Source of the DNA: Pseudogymnoascus verrucosus
Lineage: Eukaryota
Strand: one strand, 5' to 3'
NCBI GenBank assembly: GCA_001662655.1
Contig: KV460206.1
Length of the DNA: 64,000 bases
Numbering within the stretch: the stretch's first letter is position 1; every line of letters starts with the position of its first letter. Positions 1 to 10,214 of the stretch are shown piece after piece. The notes under the pieces are model-generated. The model was not told the origin of the DNA. It was given only the letters and a program-made list of their open reading frames with translations, and made no database searches. Position numbers and translations under genes: made by a program.

Positions 1-732
1 CGGAACGAGGCAATTAATGCACCTTTTTAGGCTTCCATAAGGCATCGTTTCAGGTCGTCTATCACCCATACCCTGCTGAAATTAGGAAGATAATGTGGGT
101 CGCGGATAAAAGCAGCAATAGCTGAGGAGCGGGAAAATACAAGTGAAATGCAAACTACTAGTGGTGTTTACCACTCTAACCTAAGTTACCTTGTCTTGGC
201 ATAGAATTCCACTATTCACAACGGCAGGATCAAAACTAGCTTGAGATGGTCTGTTAGTCATGACTGGCATCTCCTGTAGACGCACAGGCTTGCTAGAAAC
301 GTTAGCCTAGTAACGTTCCAAAGGGCGGCCTCAACACCTCAGTCCGCCCCTGTACGTAAATCTTACCACTTCAGCCTAAGTTATCGTGCATTAGCAAAGT
401 GTTGAACTATTTGCAATTGCAGGAGCGCACCTAGAACGGGATGGTCTCACGTCAGCCTTGGCAAAAGATGTCACAATTTGCAGTATAGGAGCGAAACTAG
501 CATAGGATAGCGAGCTCAGGATCAGGTCAATTAATTATTCAAACTTAGTAGCTATATGGGTATACGTGAAAGATATAACCTTTTTGGATTGTTTATATAA
601 TCTGATATCTGATTAAGTATATAAGAGGGCCTTTAGACCTAGTTTTGATCTAACAGCTCAATCTCAGTACTTCACATAATCGACTAAGAATCTGAACTTA
701 CTTACCTCTAAAAATTTCAAAGTGTGATCATT

Positions 733-1319
733 ATGAAGTGTTCTACTTTTATTGCACTCTTCTCATTTAGTTTCGCTGTCATCGCAGACTTCGACATGTA
801 CCATGGCAAATGGATGGTTCTTGGAGAATTCGAAGTGGATCGCGATATATGGCAGATTTTCCAGACCGATCCCAACTGTGACCAAGCTTGGAATACCCCG
901 GTAACCGATGACAGTTATGATGTGAGTGGGAACAAGCTTGGTGTCCGCTGTGTGGGCAGTGGATGTGATGGTAGTAATGATCCTTGGGATATTGATCTTG
1001 TGGAAATGCATTACTCAAACAACCCCCTTTATCACTGGAGTATGTACTGTCTCGCTTTCCCATATTTTTTTCAGTTGCAAATCTCTACAAATGAACGGAT
1101 GTAACAATCTAACATGATATATAAATAGCCATCTATAAAAATCGCGACAGTTATGCAATGATTGGTCTCGACGGCAGAGTCTACGGCAACTGCGATCCAT
1201 TTCCTTCAGTCAGCTATTACTGTCCACAATTCGCATCATGGATACGTGGCGACCGCAAGTTCCGCTGCTACACCCAGTTCACTGCCGCACAGATCAATGA
1301 AGGAAGAAACAACCACTAG
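733..1319 (+). CDS. Small secreted cysteine-containing protein (effector-like), 2 exons
   Basis: ATG 733 with hydrophobic signal-like N-terminus MKCSTFIALFSFSFAVIA. Intron 1040-1128 (GTATGT..CTAAC..TAG) joins ..NPLYHW to TIYKNRDSY..GNCDPFP..RKFRCYTQF..NH* (TAG 1317-1319). Confidence 0.8.
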
Positions 1320-2373
1320 GTAGCTTCACTGCCGGAGGAATTGCATTTTGAGACAGAGACAACTTGAGCTGGATTGGCAGTACAGCTGTTATCTTATCTT
1401 GGGGTTATTTTGTTCCTTGAACTTCGCTCTCCTACTTGGCATACATTTAGCTTTATATATTGGTATCACGGTGCCTGATTAGTTAGTACCTGGTTGCCAG
1501 ACGCTTGCAGAGCTTCCCATATACAGTTGATCAATCTAGGCGCGATATTAAACTCAAGATGACTTAGTTCAAGAGCAGAAACGTTATCAACCAGACTCGA
1601 AGGCGTGTCAAAAATGATGGGTGGAGACAGCTCTCATCCTGCTCTCATCTTGTGACACATGCCCTACCCCCCCTCTATAAATATGCATAATACAACCGAG
1701 CGGATCCCCCCGTCTACAGTATGTCCGTCTATTTGACTTACCGTGGATGGCACTGCCTGGAATTGATTGGTTGATTGGGCCAACTACCTCCGACATATCC
1801 TTGCCCTTACCTAGTGACTTACGGGAAGTGCTCCGACTTGCTAGTCGAACTGTATGGGGTGGATCCACAGGTGAGGTTATCCGGCTCTACGGGAAGGTCA
1901 TGCTTGAATCTTTTCCTGGACAAATCCAAAAATGATGTCTTATCTTTAAAAATATGTTTTAACATTCCGCCTATAGGAAGTTTGTACGGGTATTCATGAA
2001 GGCAAATTCCGACCTGCAGGAACGACGAAGCTTCCATAACAAGACATCAGAATTAGCCAACCATAAGTCGTTTGTAAGCAGCCATTGGGAGAGAGTGAAG
2101 AGTGAAGAATCAGTTGGGGACTTCCCCTGGTCATTCATGATCGCCGTCGCGAATCCTAACCCTAGTGTTTCCTCTCTGGCACTTTCGCTCATCTCTCTCC
2201 ACTTGCTCTACTCAGATTGTACGTCCAGAGGCTCCAGCCCTGCTGTATACATGGAGAATGCGGAAATGTTTTGGCAGTGGGAAGGAGATGGCATTATGAT
2301 TTTGACAAACAGCGAGAGCACGCAACACTCTTACGAAGTATGGGAAGCAAGAGTGGTGCTGTGCAGTACATAA

Positions 2374-3875
2374 CTCCGAAAACAGTCTTTGTCAGGTAAG
2401 AGCATTTGTGTGAGCAATCCACTGGGCGATTTCTCTATGCCTAGCAACACCATTGGGGTACCGGATGTAGCAACTACTGTAGCGTATGTATTTTGTCGAT
2501 ACTTACCAGTTTGTGCTGCGCTGACGATCAGACAGGCCAATTGCAACACCTACACCTGATGGAACAAATTCATACTGCGGGGAATACTTTAAGGTAGGCT
2601 CTGGCGATGATTGCGCCACTATCGCAACTGAATTTGGCATTGAACGTGACGACTTGTAAGACTTCCAATATTTGTCAACATTGCTATATGTGAGAAGAAA
2701 TATTAAGTCCTCGCTGCAGCTTGTTCCTGAACCCCGAAGTTTGGAAAAACTGCACCAATCTCTGGAAGGACTACAACTACTGCGTTAAACCAGTCGGGAC
2801 TATTACAACATACTCGGGCCACCCGAAGTCGACCTCAACTGTGCCCTTTGTTAATACTCCTGCGACGTCTGTGCCGTATGTAGACCCATTGACAAGATTT
2901 AACACGAGTGCACCTGTCATTCCGCTTGCTAATGATACACGTCGAGACTGTTATAGGTAAGCTCTCTGCACAAATTTGTCAAACAGCTGAGCGGGCCACT
3001 GACTCTGCCTTTACTCAAGTTACTTTTACATAACCAACACGACAGAAACTCCAGACCTGTCTTGCTGGAATCTTGCGATGGCTTATGACGTCGAGCCAGA
3101 GGTGTGTTATGTCATCTTGTACTTTTCGAAGTGTTCCACTAATATAGTTATAGGAAATAGCTCTCTGGAATCCATCTCTTGCGGAGAATGGGACTGAATC
3201 AGGAAGCTCGGGTTCGGATTTGTCTCCTGACTGCGAGCTGTCAGAGAGTGTCTCGTACTGTGCGTTGCTCGCATCGCCGACTACGCGTAAGTACCATCCC
3301 GTTCCAACTGCTACTATCTTGGCATTAGCTAAACAATATCAACAGAATCTGGTAGTGCTATCCAGACTCCAAACCCGAGAGCAATGGGAGAAGTGGCAAA
3401 TTGCACGACTTGGTTCAAAATGAAGACATACTCTACTTGTGCAGATGTTTTAGTTCTATACGGCTTGACACTAGAAGAGTTCTACGCATTTAATCCCTCC
3501 GTTGGCAAGGGCTGCGCAACCATGGCCGCCGGGACTTACTACTGCATATCTAATAAAGCAAATGGAAGCCGTCCAGGCGGTTACGATAATGATGATGATG
3601 ATGATGATCCTACAATGACAAGCTCAGGGACACCTACATCAACGACAACAACACCGACAACAACATCCAGTGGTGGTATTGTCACTCCTACTCCAACGCA
3701 AAATGGTATGGTAGGGGGCTGCAAGGCATTCTACAAGGCTGTTGCTAATGAAGGGTGTGCGGTTATCTGTCAAGCCCATGGAATCGAGCTGGCGGATTTC
3801 TATAAGTGGAATCCCGATGTTGGATCTGACTGTACCAACTTGTGGCCTGATTATTACGTTTGTGTTAAGGCATAG
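2374..3875 (+). CDS. Multi-LysM domain protein, multi-exon, 5' end not found (possibly truncated)
   Basis: Spliced segments GKSICVSNPLG.., PDGTNSYCGEYFKVGSGDDCATIA..FLNPEVWKNCTNLWKDYNYCV, ..EFYAFNPSVGKGC..GTYYCI and ..CKAFYKAVANEGC..DFYKWNPDVGSDCTNLWPDYYVCV are fungal LysM motifs with Thr-rich linkers. In-frame TAA at 2371-2373 upstream, and no signal peptide exon seen. Confidence 0.8.
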
Positions 3876-4442
3876 CCAGATTTAGAAGTTTTTAGACGAC
3901 AGAAGTGGCCTCGTCGTTGTAACTATAAATTAATAGATCTATGTTTTCATAAGTCCCTGAAATATAAGTTGCTAGAAAATAAAAACCCATGGCTTATAAG
4001 GCCAACTTTGGTATGCGCTGTACCTCTAATGTAGTTACGGCAGTGTAGAATTTATTAAATTTCGCAATGCCATTGCAACGAGCCTTAAGGCAACCGGAGT
4101 TTTGGCATCAGCGTTGATAAATACGAATCTACGAGGATTCTATGGCCTAGGCGCGGCCAACTACCGATAAACTGGCTGCGGACAAATCGGCAATGCTTGG
4201 TTATATAAGTTAGGTACCAAGAATACTAATTAATAGTGTTATACAGATAGCGACACAAACTCGTAGACCTGGCGGAGAGACCTGGCGGAGAGATAGGCAG
4301 TTTGAGTGGGGCGATCGAAATATGGTTGGGTGCAAGGAACGACAAGCCAACTAAAGCACCGAGGCCTTAGCGTGGATCAATATTATATAGATAGGCTAGC
4401 CGCCAACTCCACCAATCCAGTACAGAACGACTTTTCAACTCA

Positions 4443-6164
4443 ATGTCGCCTCCAAACTCAGAAACTGCGGAGTCCCCCAGCCATATCAGTCCTATGCTTC
4501 GGCTTCCCCCTGAAATTATCAAGACAATCGTCGATCAGGTTCCCAACAGCACCATAAAAAATCTGCGCCTCACCTGCCGTTTTTACTTGGAAACAGTAGC
4601 TCTGCGGCTTGATCGCGTTTTCATCTCCGCGAACCCGCGCAATGTGGAAGTATTTACTGCCATTGCCAACCACGACGCCTTTCGTGCCAAAATCACCGAG
4701 ATTATCTGGGACGACGCGCTCCTGTACGTCCGGCCTGTGCCGCGTAGCGCCGTAGAAGCGTACTACGGGTCGGACGATGATTATCAAGACTATGCGGAAG
4801 AATCGGACGATGAATGTGATAAGAATGGGATTAATTGGAGGGGTAATGTTCCTGGGTGGTTCCGTAAAGCTTGCCGAGACAACGTTTTCTTCCTAAAGGA
4901 GAAGCGCGATAAATATTTGAACAGACCTGACCTTGTTGCAAGGGCACAACAGGCTTGCGAGCAAATGCCTATGGAAGAGGCATGGGCGTACTACCAACAG
5001 CTAGTGCAACAGCAGCGCGATATCTTGGATTCAAATGCGCATATCATTGCGTTAGAGAAGCATATCGGATCGTTCCTGGCGCTACAGCGAATTGTTATTA
5101 CGCCGGCAGCACATGGATGGATTTACAACCCACTGTACGAAACTCCCATGATCCGCTCCTTCCCCCGTGGGTTCAACTACTATATTCCTCGCACCTGGCC
5201 CGTCCATGACCGTTCTATGCCCGAATGCGACGACTGGAACGAAGATGGTAGTGACTGGCAAGGCTTCCGCACCGTGACACGCGTTCTAGCAGAGGGTAGA
5301 GATTTTGGCAGGGTGGTGGATCTACGCATCGACGTTCATGAGCTGGAGATGGGGCTAAACTCGCGGGTGTTTGAGAAGGAAAATCGCACCCTGAGTGACT
5401 TCGAGGCTGTACTTGCGCGGCCAGACTTTGCACACTTGCAACTTGATCTCATGGTCGATCCGCACTACACGCAGGCAGATGTCTTCCGCAGTGGGCTCCT
5501 CAAACGTGCCCTAGCTCGTGCCTCGTGCGGACAGGGCTTGAAGTCCTTGAGCTTGAGAACGAACATTGACATGTATACGACAATTGATGAGTGCGACTGG
5601 TATGTCCCCCTCACTACGATATTCACACCAACTAGCTATTCGAGGCTTCAGCACTTCGGCCTCGCCCGCTTCTACGTCGAGCAGGATGATCTCTTGGCGC
5701 TGCTAGCCTCCATGCCAAAGACTCTACGGTCGGTTGAACTGAGCATGCTCGAGTTCATGGGCGAGAAGGACAGTTATCGGACACTGCTATGGGGGATACG
5801 CGACACGCTAGGCTGGAAAGAACGAGAACCAAGGCCAACACTTGTCGTTAGTACCGACCTTTCGAATCCCAAACCGGGACAAGCTTTATGGCTCGAGCAT
5901 GAGTTGTATAGTTTCTTGTATGAGAATGGAAGCAATCCGTTTGGAAACGACCCGGCAACTAGAGGTCCAAGTGCTATAAGATTCGGGTTTGGCTGGGAGA
6001 AAGATTGCTTTAATCCTTATCACAAGCGCCCACATGTGGATAATTATGATTTAGCTGATTTGGGCTATATTAAGGGTTCTCGGCCGCGGCCAGTCGCTCG
6101 GCCGACGCAAGACTTACCAGGTCCGGGTAAGTCGTATTTCACCGACGCGCGATATTTATTGTAA
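4443..6164 (+). CDS. F-box-like protein of unknown function (573 aa, intronless)
   Basis: Long ORF with N-terminal LRLPPEIIKTIVDQV..IKNLRLTCR F-box-like motif. Clear paralog at 47733-49352. Confidence 0.8.
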   Translation: MSPPNSETAESPSHISPMLRLPPEIIKTIVDQVPNSTIKNLRLTCRFYLETVALRLDRVFISANPRNVEVFTAIANHDAFRAKITEIIWDDALLYVRPVPRSAVEAYYGSDDDYQDYAEESDDECDKNGINWRGNVPGWFRKACRDNVFFLKEKRDKYLNRPDLVARAQQACEQMPMEEAWAYYQQLVQQQRDILDSNAHIIALEKHIGSFLALQRIVITPAAHGWIYNPLYETPMIRSFPRGFNYYIPRTWPVHDRSMPECDDWNEDGSDWQGFRTVTRVLAEGRDFGRVVDLRIDVHELEMGLNSRVFEKENRTLSDFEAVLARPDFAHLQLDLMVDPHYTQADVFRSGLLKRALARASCGQGLKSLSLRTNIDMYTTIDECDWYVPLTTIFTPTSYSRLQHFGLARFYVEQDDLLALLASMPKTLRSVELSMLEFMGEKDSYRTLLWGIRDTLGWKEREPRPTLVVSTDLSNPKPGQALWLEHELYSFLYENGSNPFGNDPATRGPSAIRFGFGWEKDCFNPYHKRPHVDNYDLADLGYIKGSRPRPVARPTQDLPGPGKSYFTDARYLL

Positions 6165-6420
6165 CGAACCAAGGCTATCTTTCCTTGAGCCAGACTATGT
6201 ATATAGATAGCCCAGCTGAAATCGGGAGTTACAAACTGTTGCATAGACATTTTGGTTCTACTCTAGTTATATTTTGTCCTCAAGGCCAGGATAAATAGAC
6301 TCATATTTCATAATTGTCTTAGAAAACGGAGGATTTTAGCACAACGATATTTACTATAATATTCCATCCTTACTAGTAATGAAGACGTTACATGAATAGA
6401 ATAAGCGTCAGCTCCACGCC

Positions 6421-6513
6421 ACTGCTTTAAGTAAACCTAAGCACACATCAACATTCAGAATAATCAACAACTTAGGCCTCCTCTATAAGAATCAGGGAAA
6501 GCTAGCTGAGGCG
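6421..6513 (+). pseudogene. Isolated TPR repeat remnant of the fungal NLR/kinesin-light-chain type
   Basis: Translates TALSKPKHTSTFRIINNLGLLYKNQGKLAEA, matching the HTSTL..VNNLG.LY..QGKL.EAE TPR consensus of fungal NLRs. No start codon and no further repeats. Confidence 0.7.
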
Positions 6514-6660
6514 TGTCAAGATCTGCCCAATACCAGGACAACCTCAGATAAGAATCTATCGATGCTTAATAATTTCAAGCCTGTAAACGAAGGATCTTCT
6601 AGTTAGCACATACCTAAATATGCGACACGATTTCGAGAATTCTAGGAACCAGGAGTATAT

Positions 6661-7640
6661 GAGGGCAAGATTCGTGTGAGATGGAAATGCGTAAGTACTT
6701 ATTTAAGTACCTAGGAGACATAATACTAATCTAATTACAGAAATGTGGCCAGTATTTGTATGATGACTACGTTGAACTACACCGTGGCGCGGCAAAGCGC
6801 CTAGAAGAATCGCTAAATTAAAAGCCTACGGGCAGAAACACCGTTTCTTCTAGACGTATCCCTACATATTTGACCACCATGTGTAGCCTAATCCCGAATA
6901 TATTCACGAGGGTACGTCGCACTTTTACTGTAGAAGAGCAGGGGCTTCTAATACAACACCTACCACCATCTGTTAGTGTATAGCATGTAGCAAATCCACC
7001 ACTACTGCTAGCCGAAGCATTGTCCTGCTGATCTGCCACAACGTCGGCGTCTATGACAAAAAACTCCTCTAGCTTTCTGTTTGTGATATTAAATTAGACG
7101 AAAAGTTTTTTCGAGCTCTTAACAAACACTACCAATCAAAGTGCAACAAATGGTTGTCGTTCATTTCCCTTCGAACCATAACAGGCATCAAATTTGTTAA
7201 GTTTAAAATGTATAGAAAGAGCTAATCGGTTGATGTGCGTCTTAAGAATGATATACCCCTACCTAAAAATCCAAACTATTGTTACGCTCTTATTCTAATT
7301 AACTTAATACCACTAGTTGGCGAGAATAGGTTAATACACCTTTTTAACAACCTAGACTGCGCTAAAGACGTGTTAGCATGTCTAGACTGCTTTCTGAAGA
7401 AACTTAAGGAGAAGCTAGCATGTAGTGATAAAGTCGTAGTACCTAGATGGGGCATAGATCTAGAAGAAGGGGTGTGTAGCAAAAAGACAGCTATCGTGTA
7501 CATGGTGTGTGCTTGTGAGCTCCATTTAGGGAATACTGTGGACTGTTTTAGGGCAAGGTATCTAAGGTGCTTTTACTGTTAGCGCGTACATGATTGGGAT
7601 CATAGTGCCACTCGTCACGCTAATGCAACATTTGGCTTAA
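6661..7640 (+). pseudogene. RIP-degraded gene of a fungal uncharacterised family with C-terminal TM helices
   Basis: GKIRVRWKC, intron 6691-6740, then KCGQYLYDDYVELHRGAA. Later IPLVGENRLIHLF..LKKLKEKL..WGIDLEEG and GILWTVLGQGI*GAFTVSAYM. In-frame stops and TpA excess. Confidence 0.6.
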
Positions 7641-7799
7641 AAATGAATGGACAACTTTCATAGCCTAAATACTTTCTTATGCAGCAGAGCTATCTAGAAC
7701 AAGCGTATAGTCTAGAAAGAAACGAATTTAAGTGTATCATCAACCTCCGATGCTGTGATTTCAAGTACACGTGTTTGGTTGTAGTCCGAGGACAACACC

Positions 7800-9124
7800 A
7801 TGGCTGACATTACCCATTAAAGGCCTGTTTCTGCCCATGTAGCAGACTCTGCGACAAGGTTAGCATAAGTTCCGGCCTTGCTGTCAAAATTACTTACTTT
7901 CTAAAATATTTGCAGCTCCGCGCCTAATAGCGTATGAAGTTACTTAGCATCTATATCTAGCACGGTATGCAAGCTCTGTTAAGGCGCGGTAAGAAGCAGC
8001 GTATGTCTATGCAGCCGTTCCGTCTGCTACTTAAAAAAGGGCTTTATCTAAGACCGCATCCTTAAGAGGGACTTCAACAACGCTACGATCTAACGTAGCG
8101 TAAAAGAGCTCTTCTAGCTTAATATCAAAAGCATCGTGTTCGTATGCTAAGGTAAGGAAAGGCATAATTAGGCATAGGTGTAGATAGACCTAGTCCTCCT
8201 AGAGCGTTATTGTGACGCTAAGCTATGTTAGTTTTGTTAAGACAGCCTATAGTCTATAGATACTTACAATTCATCCTCCTCGTCTCTGTCCCCCTTCATA
8301 AGTTTAAAGGTAATTGTAAGGCTCATCTAAGGCAGACCGCCTTTTAACATCCTAAGTAAGGTAGAATTTCAAATCCTTAAACGGGTTAGCAAATGTATGA
8401 AGTAAAGCCTAGATATATACTAACTCTATAAGTTATAGCCTCATTGCTATTTCGATATGAATCTAATACAACGACCGCACCTAGCCGAGCTACAGTATAC
8501 GTAAGGCATAGAAGAAAGAAGTGTAGTTTAACGCGGTTAAGTTGGTTTTGGAAACTATGCTTATCCTCTACCTATAAATAATGAATGGGCACTTCAAGGT
8601 CTTACAAATCTGCCATTAGCTTTAGGCAGGCCTTGCTGCTAAGCCCTAGCGAGTTTTTTAGGTCTGTTTGAATCTAGTATCCTTATATTAGCTTCTTTAA
8701 TACTATAGAAGAACATTGACAAGCATCGTCTTACATCTTTCACTTCCTTCACTACTCTCTGTAAAATCTTAATATCGTGTTCATGCTTATACGCTGTTGC
8801 GAGGCGTGTAACGTATAGGCATAAGGTGTTGAGGGAGAGACGCGGGCCTAGCATTCCTTCATGCTTAATTACTAACATCTTGAAGAAGCTCTTCATGCAA
8901 CCCGCGCTTAGGACCAGCGCTGGCTAGTCAATACGCAATGCAAACCTTTTACTCTTCGTTAGCGACTCTTCGCACTGACTTAAAGGGACGGAATCGTACT
9001 CTTGCCATAGTAAGAGGATAGACTTGTATCCTCTCTTTATTAGAGGGGCAACCTTTAGTGGACGTTTCTTCGTTAAGCCCTGCTGCTTGATATCTGCTAG
9101 TAGTCCATCCTTTGAGAGCTTCAT
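7800..9124 (-). pseudogene. RIP-inactivated DUF3435 tyrosine recombinase (Starship captain), 3' truncated
   Basis: Minus-strand exons read LGLSSKACLKLMADL*DLEVPIHYL*VEDKHSFQNQLNRVKLHFFLLCLTYTVARLGAVVVLDSYRNSNEAITYR, then MSLTITFKLMKGDRDEEDEF, ITL*ED*VYLHLCLIMPFLTLAYEHDAF and TSYAIRRGAANILE. These match DUF3435 motifs (Y(T)GARPG, CPI..FL.LA..D.AF, Y..RRG.AN). Stops and P>L changes fit CpA>TpA RIP. Confidence 0.85.
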
Positions 9125-9582
9125 AGCCACTAGTCTCTTTAAAGATCGAGGGACCTAAGAGGCAAGCAAAGAAGTGACCCGTAAAAAAGCAAAATAACTA
9201 AGAAAATTCTCAAGAACAAAGGAAATATAAGAGGTAAGATGCGAGGGAAAATGACAGGAAAGACGAAAGGGAAGACAGGAGAATGATGAGAAGAGAAGGA
9301 GACTGTGTGTGTGGACACCAAACTAGGGGTGGGCCATGCGCCGACATGATGTCCACGGCGTCGTGCGCACGGAAAGCTGAATCCTAGAATCGGAAACCCA
9401 CTGGGACGCCTAACAGTCCAGGATCTGGAAACCAGAAACGGAATGTTGTGTTGGATGCTGCATAAATAGGGAATGAGAAACGAGAAACGGGGAGCTGCTT
9501 TTGCGCAGTCGCGATGTGGTGGTTAAAGCAGCCGGGCCCGCTAACATAGAACGGAATACGGTGACTGGTTAACAGGAATCCG

Positions 9583-9653
9583 GCATCAGTGGTTTAGTGG
9601 TAAAATCCATCGTTGCCATCGATGGGCCCCGTGTTCGATTCACGGCTGATGCA
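9583..9653 (+). tRNA. tRNA-Gly (GCC), intronless
   Basis: Acceptor stem GCATCAG/CTGATGC, D-loop TGGTTTAGTGGTAAAA, anticodon arm CCATCG-TTGCCAT-CGATGG, T-loop GTTCGATT. Downstream T-runs (~9685-9701) fit a Pol III terminator. Confidence 0.97.
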
Positions 9654-10093
9654 AAGTTTCGATCTCCATTTAGGAGTATCATCATTTTGCTATTTTTTTT
9701 TACTGTATCTAGCCAAAGGTTGCTATTGTTGTGGCCGAAATGTAGCGAAAAAAATTAAGTAAAGTACAAGTAGATATATTTTGCAATTGTGAATGTCGTA
9801 CTGCTTGACTGGCATACAATTCAAATCAGCTCTCTCACTTATCTCTTGTCTTTGAAACTGGTTTTTTGTTTTTTTTTCGTTTCGTTCCTGAAATCTGTTG
9901 GTGTTGATTTAGTCTGCTTATTCAGCCTGCTTACCTCACTCAGCCAACCCTGGCTCGGGTAACAGTACAAGATCCTCCCGTTTCTGGGCGACGGTACCCG
10001 CGTACCGTCACCCAGTACCGGGGCCATCCCCGCGTTTGCAGCGCGGAGGTGTGGGGTAGCAGCTGAGGATCCCATGCTTCTCAACAGCTCCTA

Positions 10094-10099
10094 CCTCGG
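10094..10099 (+). promoter_or_regulatory. Possible FarA/FarB-type fatty-acid response core CCTCGG
   Basis: CCTCGG ~120 bp upstream of the acyl-CoA synthetase ATG. A single hexamer, so weak evidence. Confidence 0.25.
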
Positions 10100-10214
10100 A
10101 TGGGATTCGAAGCTGGGCCTGGATGCTTAATGCTTACTTGAGCTGCTGATATCTCTCCTTCTTCACTAAGCTTCTCTCCTGTACAATTGTGGTAATGAAG
10201 AAGAAAGTTACAGT

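Larger units (their letters stand above)
1..9582 (-). mobile_element. Putative derelict Starship element; captain end beside the tRNA, far boundary unresolved (may lie outside window)
   Basis: Captains are the first gene of Starships. This one points leftwards from the tRNA into accessory-type genes (TPR remnant, F-box-like, LysM, small secreted protein), while core genes start right of the tRNA. Confidence 0.55.

Noticed and set aside
1600..2373. Several overlapping short ORFs upstream of the LysM fragment
   Set aside because: No recognisable motif or consistent splice pattern. May be decayed coding DNA but cannot be assigned.
4265..4293. 13-bp tandem duplication AGACCTGGCGGAG
   Set aside because: Only two copies, consistent with ordinary slippage.
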